A stretch of 63,418 nucleotides of DNA, filler included, from Choristocarpus tenellus KU-1152 (GCA_964200185.2; 9 parts of 9 records of this genome joined end to end with filler, not necessarily neighbours in it), one strand, 5' to 3'; shown: positions 11,857-25,603, numbered from the whole stretch's first letter. Notes: generated by a model from the letters alone, not told the origin. Translations and numbers: made by a program.

Positions 11857-14800
11857 TTGTGTATCTTTTTAACCCTGGGTGTCAAGTGTATGGGGTCCAT
11901 AATTGCCCACAACGTCAATCGTCGCACATCCATCAACGATTTTCTTTTGGAAAGTGGTGGTCCTTTGCTGGGATCAACCCCTGCACCATTAGGGAAGTCA
12001 TCTTTTCCCATGGGGAAGGATGATGCTATTACTGTCCCTGGACCGTGCACCAAATCGCAAGCAGCTTGCGGTGTACAACCAGTTAATGGCATTGGGTGCG
12101 ATGATATCAGCTACTCTGTTGACAGGGTTGGAAATAGGGAGTCTGGCAGTAGGTTGGACAACTCACCACTTACAAATATAGGAGATGAGGACAGCTGGAC
12201 GGGGGGACATGCAGCAAAAAGCACAAAGTTGGCATCTGATGGGGTGCGCAAGCGGTCGGCTGCAGGGGATGGTGTTATCAGGAGGGATCAGCCCCCTTGT
12301 AAGAAGATTTCTATCGACTCAAATGTGTTCACAGGGGTCACAAAAGGTGAGGTGACAGCAAGGGGGTCCCTGCCTGATGCGGAGGGCTATGCTAGGGTGA
12401 TGGGTAAGCCTGCTGGGTCACTTGAGAACTCACTGACTTGCCATCAACACTCTAATGATGTGCCAGCAATGACATTGGCGGTGAGGGATGTGGGAAATCG
12501 CAGTGATAAAGGTTCAGGTTATCGTCATGGAGAGGTGGTAAAAAGTGACCACCGTGGTTGGGGAAATGTGGAGGAGAAACCAAGGTTGACCTCTGAGGAG
12601 GCACGGAAATGGGCAGCAGCAGGGATTGGAGGGATCTGGAAATGTGAGCAACCTCCCAAGAGACTATCGTTTGATATGCATGGTGTGACAGTGAAGGGGG
12701 TGATGGACACATCAATGTTTGGAGTAGGATCACCGCCAAGAGAGATTTCTTCAAGCTTCCAAAATTGTGTTGGCATGACAGTGAAGGCTAAGCCAGTGGC
12801 ACCGATGGCAGTTACTGGAGAGGCTGAGAAGGTGAATGTCAGTGCTGTTGCTCGGGTGCCCCAAAGGTTCCAACAGCAATTGGGGGTGGGGTGTTTCAAG
12901 GTTCGCCCTGCTCCTGCCACTGCAGCTGTACCTACATTTCCGGCACAAGCAACTACGATGGCTGTGCCTCCTATCCACAATCAATCACAATGTGAAGCTC
13001 AGGGGACCACTCTCTTCAGTCTGACATCATCGCCCTCTTATCCATCTCAGGTGCTATCACCTCATCCTACCATTGGAGCAGATGAAAGGGCGTATAGGAG
13101 CCCGGTGCCTGTGCCAGTTAGCTTGAACCTGCACAGACAAGGTGCTCATTTGCAACGAGTTCCTTCTGAAGCTGTTCCATCTACATCGTTGGCGATGGGA
13201 ACAGTATCAGCGGTGGGAATCTTTGGTGATGAGTGCGTGAGCAGGGCTGCGGGGGGGAGTACAGCCGCCACAGTTGGCAGGCAGGAAGAGGAGGATGTGT
13301 GTACAGAGATATACCGACTGTATACTGGAAACAGTGATGATGTTAATCCTGATCTTAAACACGGACAGGAGAGTATGAATGCTTTGGGAAAGATCGAGTG
13401 TAAGCACCCCTTGGATAATGGTTCAGACCTTGAGGTTTCTTCTCATTCTCGGGACCAGGGGTTGAGAGAGATCAGTGATGGGGGTGGAACAAGTCCTACG
13501 CAGGTGGTGAGGTCTCTTGGAGGTGGGATGCGGGCCATGGGAGCATCTGACGGTGGCTGCGAGTCTAGAGTGGTGACTTGCAGTAGCGGAGGATTCAGAG
13601 TGGCACCCGCAGGCGATTCTTGCCTGAAGTGTGGGGGCAGGGGTAGCGTTGATGGTGGGGGGGAACTCGGAGTTGATGGTGGTGAAAGATGCAGCACTGG
13701 TAGTGGTAGCAGGGGTGTTGTGTGTTCGTACTGTGGCAGTCTTGCAAACCACAGTGGGACTACGAGCATTCATCCCTTGCTGAATGAAGCGTGCTGGTCT
13801 GCTAACAGTGGTGATGGTATGACAGTGGAGAGAGAGTTGGGGGGGCAGAACCGCAGCTCTATCCATGACAACCTTAGCAGTCAGGGGATGGATGTTGGTG
13901 GCAATGGGGGAAGGGGAAGGGAAGTGTTCTTGGATCCGATAATGCCGGAGGATGACCTTCATGAGCTAAGTCTACGGCGGTCTCCCACCGCAGGGTCTGT
14001 GGATGTTGGTCATGGGGATCAAGAAGGGGTTGATGGTTTGGACATGCTTATGCGTGCAGAAGGGGGGGACTTCCTTGAGACTGATACGGCAGCCTGCATG
14101 CGCACACTTCAGGAATCACCCAAGGTGGATTGGATTTTCAATTGTGGTCTCTTCCTCCTGTCAGCCCCCTTGTTTGCTCTCCCCTTGGTAGTCAAGCTCA
14201 CTTTTTAGCGACCAGAAAAATTCCCTCAGGTTTTGGTCGATCTCAAGACCAAACGGTGTGTTCCTCAGACTTGGCTTTGTTTGAGAATTGTGTTGTGCAG
14301 TTTAAAGATGTGCACTTTTTGTTGTTGTTGTTGTTGTTGATGGTAGGTTAGGGTTAGGGTTAGGGTTAGGTTGCTTTTGATTCACCCCGATGTCCCCAAT
14401 CCTTTCCAACCCCCACCCATCTGCAGCATCGCCCGTCGGAACCATCCACCCAACCCAGTAAATTGTTAGCCATAGCCAATACAGTTGGTTTTAGCAATGG
14501 GGATGGTGGCAGAGGTGTCAGTGGGACCGAGGTAGGCGTAACGGGCAGTGATGATGATGGTGGCCGGCAGATGACAGAGGAAGAGGTGGAGGAGGATGGA
14601 GAAGAGGCAGGGGGTGAAGGAGGCGAAGGTGGGGGGGAGGAAGAGGGCCGAGAAGAGGGGGGGGGAGAAGAGGATGAAGAGGAGGAGGAGGAGGAGGAGG
14701 ACGACGACGACGACGACGACGACGATGAGAAGGTTGGACCAAGGGTGGGGGAGGAGCATCAGGCAGTCATCCCCGATCTGTTGAAAAAAGGTGCCAAGGG

Positions 14801-15742
14801 TGAGAGTGCAGCAAGAGTAGGTACATTTTTTTCAGGGTTTGGAGTTGGCAATTGTGTAATGGTTGAGGTTAAAGTCGTGATCAGTGTTGTGTTGAAGGCA
14901 AGTTTTTATAGAAGTTGGTATGTGTGACTTTGCAGCCGTCCTGGCTTATTGCTGGAGGCCCTGTGTCCTTCAGTTATTGTGTATGCCTGAACTGTATCTC
15001 TCATGGCAGTTACATAGAATTACTATTCCAGTTCAGCTCATATGAAACTGTCAGAACTACAATGATGGCGCCATTATCTATCACCCTTTCTGGGACCGAT
15101 CCTGTTTTACTGCTGTAAGATCAACTTCTTGTGTTTACCCCTCAGAAGTTGATATTTTTCTATTATCACACCCTTATGTGGTCCATGCACTGCATTGCAG
15201 CCCTTCTTCCTCCCGCCTCCCCCTGGTAGTGACAGCAACTGTGGCACTCTGAATGGATAGTAGGAAATGATGCTAATATCTATTCCCCCCCCATACACAC
15301 TCCTCTCCACTATGAATACATCCTCAACTGCACCAAGACCTCACAACACATGTTTACAAAGCTCGCACTTCTACTTTTGTCCATCCAGGGGAGTTCGATC
15401 ACCTTCAGAGGCCACCATCTCTTTGCCTATGGTCCCCAAGCACAATTTCGGATGCTGCTGCTGCTGTTGTGTTCCCCACCCCGCGACCTGGTGGATCAGG
15501 ATCAGCCAACCTTGAGCAGAGGATGGTGTCAGCCCAACTACTTGCTCGGGCGAAAGTGGAGGCGGGCCATTGTAGACAGAGTGTTGGAGGATGTGGAGGA
15601 TTGCCTTCCAAGGTCGGGGAGTTGGGATGTAGAGGAGGAAGTCCAGGGCCTGGGGGGGTAGGGGCACGGAAAGAGATTGGAGCGGTGGCAGCAGGGGTAA
15701 CCAGTTCTTGGGGGGGGTTTCGCACAGGAGGCGATCTCGGTG
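11857..15742 (+). CDS. Large low-complexity protein with ELM2-like domain, partial (exons ~11857-14124, 14427-14799, 15389->15742)
   Basis: 2.2-kb open exon and phase-consistent GT-AG junctions. An acidic E/D tract is followed by PRVGEEHQAVIPDL...LCLWSPSTISD, resembling the ELM2 pattern RVG..YQA.IP...LWSP. The start codon is uncertain and the gene runs into a spacer. Confidence 0.6.
14348..14370 (+). repeat. Interstitial telomere-like (TTAGGG)n in intron
   Basis: TTAGGGTTAGGGTTAGGGTTAGG. Confidence 0.85.
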
Positions 15743-15903
15743 NNNNNNNNNNNNNNNNNNNNNNNNNNNNNNNNNNNNNNNNNNNNTTAATTAATTAANN
15801 NNNNNNNNNNNNNNNNNNNNNNNNNNNNNNNNNNNNNNNNNNGGCTTCCCCCCCCCCCCCCCCCCACTGCTATCCTTATCGGGATTAATTTTCCTCAATG
15901 AAG

Positions 15904-16642
15904 GTACGAACCTGTGCCCTAAATATTGTGCTACACATTTGCTCTGTCAAGGACCTGGGAGTTGTTTCATTCTTGTCACTTCCCAGGCATCACCGGCATC
16001 TCTTCCAGCAGATACTGTTCTTACTTCAGGAGTATTATTCGCAGCTACTGTGCAGGGTGTGTACCAGGGCTCTGTAGGTTAGGGATAGCAGTAATAGGGG
16101 CCAGTGTGAAGGGCAAGTGGGGGATGAGGTGCTAGCAGGGGTACCAAATATAAATTGTCAGTGTCAGTAGAACGTTATGACTAGATGTGAAAGAAACTGT
16201 TGATGACAAGCTGTGTTGACTACATGCTGTCATCAGTATGTATGTATGCATGCATATGTATTGGTGATATACTGCATAACGCCATACCAATATGCCAATC
16301 CCCCCCAACGTCTGGTTTGTGGGAAACTCTCATTCGTCCTTAGAATCCTGGGGTCGACAATTTTATTTAATTTTTGTCTTTATTTGGTGCTCTGGATGTG
16401 GGTGAAATTGAACGTGGGAGGGTGAGTGCTTGCTCTTTCTGTAAATGAAGACCTTGCCTTTGTCCCGGTTGTGGCATAGCCCTAACACTGGCCCTCAAAA
16501 TGTTTTCATGAGCGATTTTATTGCTTTTAATGAATGTGTGTAATGCTTGCAGATGATATTTTGAGAGTTGGCCACATGAAAAACCGGGTTGGTGAAGGGA
16601 TTGGCAAACTTTTATTGCAGTAAGTTACCCATGTAATTGAAA

Positions 16643-16677
<35 letters not shown>

Positions 16678-19600
16678 AAAGGAACATTTCAGTCGAGGGG
16701 CTATTTTCCATACAGTGAGGATTTTTTTGTTTGAAGGAGGTGATTGTTTTCCTGAGTTGTTAATTTTAGCAGCAGTACCACATCAAAGTGCAAGTTTATC
16801 GATCTTATTTTCAACGTCAGTGACGTTGGCTGACAAGGTCCCCACCGTATATTCTCAGTAACTATAACTATACACGCAAAGGTGATTGCCTATCTTGCAA
16901 GGTGATGAGGTAACGGTACGCCTGTGACAATCATAGTGCTATTTGATTCGGGTGGTTTTGTATCGATTGGAAGGCTTGTTGATGTGCCTGAACAGTTATT
17001 ATTATGCCTTGATATTCCTTTGCCCTTTTTTTGTTTTTTATTTTGTGTTGTGTCTGTGGATTGGGGGGTGACATCTACATGCATATTGCTGCAGATGTGG
17101 GAGGCTCGCCAACCAAGGGCAGCAGGGGTAGGCGCTTTGAAGGAGGACAAACACGCTTTGAAGGAGGACATACACGCCTTGGAAGATCTCTTATACTTCT
17201 TGCAGGTAATTCTTCATACTGTGTATGTAGTACTCTACTACAGCAAGAGTTGCAGGCTGCAGTGATTGAATCAATTACTACGATATACCTTAATGGGTTG
17301 AAGAATGCGTAACATTGAAAATTTTATTTGGTAGCAATTTTTTCCCCATGCTCTGTTTGCTCTTCTAGAAGCTTCCAGGCTCTTGGCATGGAGCCTTGCT
17401 TTTTCTGCTCTGTCCACACTTTGGTTCTTGTTGTGTACAGATGCAGGGGTTACTGCCGTTGATGTGAAGTGCAGGGGGAGGGGAACTTCACTTTGAGTTA
17501 ACTGCTGGCTATGTTCTGTTTTTTTTTGTGTGTTTTGTGCATGGTGTCCATTTGTGGGCATTTTGAGGAGTTTGTTTGGTGTGATGACTATGTGATTGTG
17601 AGAATGAGTTAACTGAATGATACTATCACAATGGCAAGTTCTGTTGTGTCAGGGAAATAGGCCCCCCTGAGGATATTGTTGTGATACACATATGTATATG
17701 TTAGAGTTGGGAACTGAAAGGATTTGCGTCTGATGATTATAATCAGTTCCACTTTACCTGGTAAATTGCGTCTAATTGTCTGGATCATAGTGCATTGTGC
17801 ATGTTAACTACCTGCAAATTGAACCGACTTAGCCATGAGAATATAGGCCTCCAGAGTGGTGAGGGGCCACACTAGAGGCCAAGAATTTCGAGACCAACAT
17901 CGTGTGTGTGTACGCATGTATCATCACATGAGGTATAAACAGGAACCTTTGGAGGCGTGTGTGCGTGTGCAGATGCCTGTGAAATATCTGTGTAATTGCC
18001 CTAAAATATTTGGTTTTCAGTTGATTGTGATTAGTCGAATTCAGCTGATTGTAATCAGTGCGGGTTCACAACTCTGATATTTATGTTGGAGATTCTTGTC
18101 TTGAGTTGACTTGAGCATTATCTTTCTACATGGAGAGAAGAACCACCGCATTACTGAGGTGGGACTGGGGGGTGGGGCTGGGACTGGGGCTGGGAGTGGG
18201 GGTGTCCTCTCAATTGAAATGAATTGAAGTGTTTAATAGTCTAATTCTCCTTGTGCCTTCTGGCTCCAATATGTACCTCATAATTCTGTCCGCAACACCA
18301 CTCACTGCTGTCAATGGACTTTTGTGATGGAGGGTGGGTCCTTTATTTCTTGAATGATGCCTTTTACTGGTGGGGACACTAAGAAAACTCGTACACAGTA
18401 TATTGTACAGTAGTATGGTGCACATATATATTTCTCGGCTGTTCCTGTGGTGCATTGGACATGTCAGCACTCCACAACCATGCTCATGCCAAAACTCAAT
18501 ATATCACTCTGCTGTGGCCTACCTCAACAAACATGGTTCTTGTCACTCTGTGATTGCCTCTATTCTTTCATTGTATTGATTCCTATGAAATAATCCTGGG
18601 GCAGTCGGACTGCCAACTCTCCCCTTCCCTTGCTTGCTGCTCTTCTGTGTCATTACCATTTTTTCACCCACTAAGATCACTTCACTATGGTCACTTCAAT
18701 TTGACGCTTCTGCAAACCTAACTGCAGTGCCCCTGTGTCTATTCCAATAGGACTTCCTCACAGCGGTTGATACTGGACTCGCACAAATGCTGGTGGAGCA
18801 CATTGCTGATCACTTTTTTGGCAGGGTGGTCTTTGATGGCCTTGTACAGGCGTTTTCACCTTCCCCACCCATCCCTGCTGATGTTGCCAATCCTACTGTC
18901 CCTGCGGGTTCCACTGTCGGCACTCAGCAGGGTGAATGGGGTCAGGAGTTGCTCCTGAACACTGAGAAAGAGCCAGAGGTGAGATACTTGAATAGGTGTG
19001 GTATAGCCATTGGCCTGAGTTGGCATGGTGTGTACAGGGAGGTTTTCAAGAGAACGAGTGGGTGGATGGTGTCTGGACCATTTTGCGGCAATGCTGTAGA
19101 TAATTGATACCTTTTTGTCAATTTTCTTATTGTCTGGTAGTACAAGGCTGAAAATAATAATGACATATTATTTCTTGAGATCATATATACTTGGGAGGGG
19201 AGGAGGCTGGAGAAAGTGTGTTATCCTGTGAGGCAGTGGACTATTGTCCCTTTTTCAAGTGGACTAGTGTCCCTTTTTCAAGTGGACTAGTGTCCCTTTT
19301 TCAAGGGAATTTTTTCGTCTCAAAATCTTCAATGAGGGCATGGTTTGTTTGGAGATACGTCAAACTGATGATGATGTACCACATGGCATGGTATGTAGTT
19401 ATTTTTGATTCCTAAACTGAAACAATCTTTGTTCGCCTTCCATTTGTTGTCAAACCTCCAATCATCAGATACCTCCTCTGCTGCAATGCCATCCATGCCC
19501 TATCAAACCCTATCCACCTTCCTTCTTTCCAGGCCCAGCTGGCTCTCTATACTCTGTGTCGGCTCTTCCTCATTGTCACCCATGCTCCCCTTGTCAACAT

Positions 19601-21071
19601 GGTTGCGGCTATGTTCCTGGGCAGGAGGTATACTCCACAATGCTCAGGAAGAAATGCAGCAGGTGATACTCTGGATACAACTGATGGCGCTAATAGCATC
19701 ACTGGTTCTGGTTCTGGTTCTGGTTCTGCCCCTGTTGGCTCAGTTTCCACAAATTGTTCCTTGGCAGTAGTCTCTGCCAACCGTACCAACCCTGACCACT
19801 GCCAAATTTAATGTACAGGGCAGTTGACCATGGCCACTGGGTCAATGTTGAGCCCAGAACAGGACTCTGGGGACGAGATTGGGAGTGGGGTAGGGGCAGA
19901 GGCAGATGTTGCTGAGGTAGACATGGAGGCAGGGGGAATTGAAGGAGGAGGGGCTGGACCAAGGAGGCAGATGGAAGGCTCAGCTAAGGAGGGAGTGGAG
20001 AAAGAATGCTACTGCAGATTTAAGAGGACTGTTGTGGCTGCCATGGGCGAGGGGAGTAGCAACCAGGTACGACTTGGGGCAGTATCAGCATTTCGTGCTC
20101 TTGTGAGCAATTTTTCTGTGAATGTCAAATTGCTGAAGAGGGAGGGCCATGATGATAGTCATAGCGGCTACATCAATGATCATGACATCAATGATTGTGA
20201 CTCCCCATCCCAACCAAGCCTAGCCGTGGAATGCAGTGTTCCTTGCATAAAGGCTATTCTAAGAGATCTCACTCGCAGTCTGCCCTCTCCCCCGGGGGAG
20301 GGTTGTGGAAGCAGCCGAGGCTCTTCCTCTGGTGGTGTTGGTGCTATGGGGGGGTCAAATCAGACCGGGGAAGAACAGAGTCGGCGAATGGGGGAGGAGA
20401 CTGTTGTTGGGGGAGTTGGACGAGGAATAGGTTTGGTGACTGGCAGTGAGTCAGTACGGGGAGGGGACTGGGGGGATGGAAAGAACCCTTTGAACCCGGC
20501 AGATGGGAGGGGAGAAGAAACCCAGCGGCTGTGGCAAGGACGAGAGAGGTTGTTCGAGGATGATGTCAGTGTTGAGGGCTGCACAGGAGTTGAGGAGGAA
20601 GGTATCCTAGGAGCAAGCCGTGGAGCCAGTTGTGGTGCCACAGAGGTGGAAGGATCGGGGGCTTTATTGCATATCACCACACCACGGGATAGGAGGGCAG
20701 ATGGGTGCAGAATACCTGCAAGAAGGCATATGATCCATACAGACTGCTGTACAGAGGTTGGTGAGGTGTTGGTGTGTGTTTTTGAATATGGAAGAGGGTG
20801 CAGAACAGACCCTGCCATTCATTTCTCACTTTTTTTCCTCTTATCGCATTAACACACTATTATAGAAATATGTATATATATATACATACATGTTTGTTGT
20901 AGTTTCTCCCATAGCAGGTCACCTTTTCCCTTGTCACTCTGTGGATCCATGCATTTTCTTCTACTGGTTTATGAGGCACGACAAGCACGTTGCATCTGTT
21001 ATAGTTCAATGTTTCTCTTCTGATATCGTATCTTGTTTCCCTGACTTTATATTTCCACAACAAGCAGTTTA

Positions 21072-21104
<33 letters not shown>

Positions 21105-22715
21105 ACCCCCCCCCCCCCACCTCCTCGTAGGCTCCTTTCAATGTTAATCAACATAAATAAAACTATAATTAAANNNNNNNNNNCTATTCATTTCGTTTTT
21201 TTTTTCCCTCGCTTTATTTTTCCACCACAAGCAGTTTTTCCCCCCCCCCCCCCCCCCCCCCCCAGGTGTCTATTGCTGCTGAAATTTGCTGAGGTATGTA
21301 ATTTTGTTCATAAACGAAGACATTGATTTCAAGGTTGTTCACTAGCCTCAACAATTTTTATGAAGAGGTTGACCTGTTACTCTGGAGGTTAGTTGCTGGA
21401 GGGGGTGGATGGTGCTTTCAGTCGTGTTGCTGCGTAGGTCACATGGTGTACCAAATATAAAAAAATTCAGTTATTTTGTGGAGAATTTATGAGCAAGAAG
21501 TGTTTTGAGTGAGGGTCAAATTGTTGAGTGCTTTTTCTTTAAGTATGAATTTGAATTGAAAAGTTATTTTGAGACATTGGTTTGAAGAAAATATTATCAT
21601 TCCCCACAATATTCCCCCCCCTCCACCGCAACTTCCAAGGAACTAAGTCCCTCCAGTTTCTTAGAAAGTTTCTCCTTTTCAATATAGGGTTAGGGTAAGG
21701 TTTAGGTTCAGAACCCACCTAGGAGTGCATTAAGAAACCCTAGAGTGGTAGGGTGGGCTCTTGTACTGAACTAGGGATCTCTATAGTAGATCATACCCTT
21801 TTCAATGTACTTGAGGACCTCAGGGCCAACTGTGGGAAGCTGGATGATTCTGTAGTGCTATAGGGTTACAGGTTATGTCATTGAAGATTGGATTTGAGCT
21901 CCTATCTGTACACTGAATGAAATTCGAAATATTATTTCTCCAAGAAAAGGGTGTTTGGTTCAAGTCCAATGTGAACCAGTGCATTAAAAATGAAGACTGA
22001 AAGAATCTTCCAGAACTTACACCACACTTAGCCATCTCAGATGTTTCCAAAAGGGGTGCTGTGTTTTGAAGGTGGCAAGCGATTGGAATTTCAGCCGTGG
22101 GAACTTGAAAAAGAACTCATATTTAATATTATAGTAATTGTAGTAATAATAATAAAAAGGTGTGGCCCTCACCCCGCTCCCTGCCCCCCAAATGACTCTC
22201 TTCCTACAAAACCCTCCCTAACCCTCCACTGATCAACTTGAATTAATTCTATCATATAGTCCTTATCCCCAGTCAACACCCTATCCAGAGCCTATCACAC
22301 ACTTGTGTACTATTAATACTTCGAATCCCATCTCTTCCCATTTACAATATCCCCAACCCTAACCCTAACCCACAATAATAATATTGGTAATATTTCCAGA
22401 TGATGGAAGCCATTCTGCGAGGTCTGAAGACCCTGTGCCTGTCAAGCTGCGTAAAAATTGCTGTGATGCAGGCCTCTGCAGCAGCCGCTGTGGAGCTCTG
22501 TCGCCGTACTTGCGGGGAGAGGTATAGGGGCAACAATGTTGACTTTGTTGGTGATGTGGCACTACATGGCGGAGGTGGTGGTTCTGAGGGCAAGAATACA
22601 GCTGGGGTGTGGACGAGGTTCCCGGAGTCTGATGTGCACAGAGGTTTACTGTCGAGGGCGTGTGGTGAAAGTGCTGGTACGATGTTGATGGTGTTGGAGA
22701 AACGCCTTCTTGTTG
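15904..22715 (+). CDS. CLEC16A: CLEC16A / TT9 / GOP-1-like (FPL family) membrane-trafficking protein, partial; exons 15904-16056, 17095-17205, 18751-18978, 19533-19662, 19819-20756, 22400-~22715
   Basis: The spliced product has VRTCALNIVLHICSV, EDLLYFLQDFL..GLAQMLVEHIADHF and LALYTLCRLFLIVTHAPLVNMVAAMFL. These match recalled CLEC16A motifs (VRIAVRTITLNVYKV; DHLHYLNDIL; SLYLLSQVFLIIHHAPLVNSLA) in the same order. Phases are consistent. Confidence 0.72.
16644..16674. repeat. (TG)n microsatellite
   Basis: Direct observation. Confidence 0.9.
19236..19304. repeat. Tandem repeat, 23-bp unit GTGGACTA(T/G)TGTCCCTTTTTCAA x3
   Basis: Three contiguous copies with no spacers. Confidence 0.9.
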
Positions 22716-22749
22716 GTGAATTCGTACGGTAGTTGAAAGTTCAACATAG

Positions 22750-22773
22750 TTAGGGTTAGGGTTAGGGTTAGGG
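22750..22773 (+). repeat. Interstitial (TTAGGG)4; inverted (CCCTAA)n at 22353-22371
   Basis: Direct observation on both sides of exon 22400-22715. Confidence 0.85.
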
Positions 22774-24377
22774 CGAGGGTTGGTGGTGGGTATTAACGAG
22801 TCTAGATAAGGTACTACTGTACCTTGTAGTAAGAAGCGTGCTCTGTCTTAAAATGCTTGTCTTTGATTTCTTTTAAGAGTTATCTCTGTCTGTCTATCTG
22901 TCTACCTGTCTGTACAAATTGGTAGTATTGGTAGTAGCTCTATTCTTGATAGGATTTTTTTCTTGTGAGATGATTTTTTAAGGTATCTGTATGCAGAAGT
23001 AAACAAACGTTAGAGAGCAAAGAGGTCATGTGTTTTCTCATGGTTTATTGTTTTAATTGTAGTATTTGTCTCAAGCTAAAAGAAACCAAGCAAATCCACC
23101 CCCCCCTTCCCCCACAGCTCTAGTTTATCTTTCCCATGATATCGTGCCCACTGCAGCAATCTACACTAAAAAAAAATAATCAAAATTCCCACATACTTCA
23201 TACCTTTTGTTTATGTTATTCTTAGTCAATGTAAAAGCTTGATTTTATGTTAGACTACTTGCTAAATACAATATATATATATATATTCATATGTATGATG
23301 CGTACAGACTTCACTACTGTTTCATGATGTGCACTTGGAAGTGTGTTCTTCCCACCACAAGTACAAGCATAGTAGGGTGTTTCTTCTGCTTGTATATGCG
23401 CGTATGTGATGAGAATATTGCATATTAATACATTCATGATATGTATCAATGTATGTGTGCATGGACTATTGCGTGCTCAGTCTCAATCTCAATTCACTCA
23501 GCCAGTGCATAAACGAAAGACTATAGCGTGATGTACATACTTTATCACTGTTATTGTTTTTTGTTTTGCTGGGTCCATAGCATGAAACTAGCTTACAGGT
23601 TGTTGGGGTTTTTAAGTTGAACTTGTCCTGGCACTATTCCCGCATACTTGGTAGAGATCTCTACTGCACAAATACTTGAACAGATGCTAACAATGCATTG
23701 GTGTTCTATTTTGGGGGGACATGCCAAGACTGTTAAGAAGAGGACGTGTTTTGTATTGTTGATACAGTACCAGTTTTCAAAGTAGATAGGTTTTGTAGTA
23801 CTTACATGGGATGCGATGTGCATGTGTAGGACTAAGCTGGCGTAGTCTCTAAGGGTGTGCAATATCTTGTATGATGTCGTGCAAATGCAACTCCCTGATT
23901 TGCTGAATCTCCTGCTGGAAGGATACAACAACAGTCAGTTAGTCTCAAGTGTACCTCTTGTGTGTGTGTGTGCTTTTTTAGATGGTAGGAGCTCTGCTGC
24001 TTACTGCATATTGCTTTTTGCTGCTGTTGCCTTTTCTATGCCTTAAGAGCGATTGGGGGAGGTATTGATAGATTATACTCATATTGGTTGGGGTCAAAGT
24101 ATCTGGGNNNNNNNNNNNNNNNNNNNNNNNNNNNNNNNNNNNNNNNNNNNNTTAATTAATTAANNNNNNNNNNNNNNNNNNNNNNNNNNNNNNNNNNNNN
24201 NNNNNNNGCAACGTGTAGTCACAGTGGCCTCGTACATACTGCTTTGCCCGCCCCCAGACCATCTCTATTGGGTTCAATTCATAGTGTCCTGTGAGGGGCA
24301 GGCGACAACTCGGAGGTCATTGGGAGTCACAGTGTCCTGTGAGTAGCTTAAACAGTATTAAGCCGAGGTCCACCCAC

Positions 24378-24748
24378 GGACCGTGTTGGTGGTTACCAAT
24401 CTTGATTTTTTTTTTTTAAGGTTGCCCAACGAGTTAATCAACGATCATCATATCAAATGAATGCTCTCTATCTAGGCTATTGATTTACGCAAAGAAGGAA
24501 TTCTTTGGGGAAAATATGTTTTTTGGTCGTGATAATTAATTTCGAAACATTTTCAAAGTTGTGCCGAAAACATTCGGTTAAAATTTAACCTTGCCAAAAT
24601 AATTTCCGAAAGAATTCCTTTCCTGACATCGATAACTTAGACCGAGGGCTTTCATTCGATATGCTGATCGCCGTTTAACTCGCTAGGCAACCTTTTCAAA
24701 AAAATCAAGATCAGCCTGATCCTAGAGGTGACTGCCAACACTATATCC
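24378..24748. mobile_element. Foldback/MITE-like element with long imperfect inverted arms (~110-130 bp)
   Basis: ATCTTGATTTT...AAGGTTGCCCAACGAGTTAA...GGAATTCTTT (24399-24516) is the imperfect reverse complement of 24601-24711. Pairing extends outward through GTGTTGG/CCAACAC. Confidence 0.75.
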
Positions 24749-25603
24749 AAGACCGCAAATTATTCAAGTCATGTGATTTGTACTATTGCGCACCGTATTA
24801 TTATATTGTTACGGATTATTATAGTGGGAAGTAGTAAAGATGGGTTTCATTTCGGTTTCTACGCAATTTCAAATATTTCATTTTTCAAAAAAAAAAAGTT
24901 AAATTGGTCACCTCTAATTGCAACTATTTCATTTGTGAAAGTTCCCCTACACCTGAATTCACAGGTGTGTCGCCAGTGTGAATCGCACGATTCTGTGGCG
25001 GAGTGGTTTACTCAAGCAAGGGTGATGAAGAGTATCACCGGGCAAGACGGATCGAGACGAACCGTAACCAAGAGGACGAGGTTAAGGCTGGACAAGTGCA
25101 AGACTGCAAGGACTTCCAGGAAATTGTGGAGTGATGAGAATCTTACAAGAGGGGGGGATCATACAAAAAAAGTCAAGACGTGACAACAAAGAGAATCTTT
25201 GATGTGTGACATCTCGGGTTGAAGAGATGTCCACGACTTGTGGGATTGATCTATTTAAAAGATTCCACGCCTCGATGCCACAAAAGATCCTCCACCGGAA
25301 TCCGGGATTCCTGACAAGGAATCTCGATCGGTATAATGGTATATAACATGCGGAAAAAACCGTATAACAACAGAAAAAATCTGCTCTCAACACGTTCAAG
25401 ATATGGTGCATACTTTTGACAAAGTAGTTGGGTGAAAGCTTACGACTTGAGCTTCAAGTCGGCGTAACACTTGACACCTATATGTAAATATTCGACTGTT
25501 GGCATCTGCAAGAAAAGGGTGGAGCCCTTTTCAAGTCCTGATAGTTCTCCTCTTTTGACAGGCTGCGTAAGGAAGGTGAGCAAGACCATAGTTGGGTCGC
25601 AGA

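Noticed and set aside
14466-14784. Antisense and alternative-frame ORFs with poly-V/L/P/R/T
   Set aside because: Shadows of the (GAG)n(GAC)n acidic coding tract.
19236-19304. CRISPR-like 23-bp repeats
   Set aside because: No spacers; a simple intronic tandem repeat.
19809-19811. Stop-codon reassignment (in-frame TAA)
   Set aside because: Removable by a canonical GT-AG intron, and 1836 dynein codons show no internal stops.
21030-21263. Tandem duplication around a 10-N gap
   Set aside because: Probably overlapping low-quality contig ends at a poly-C run.
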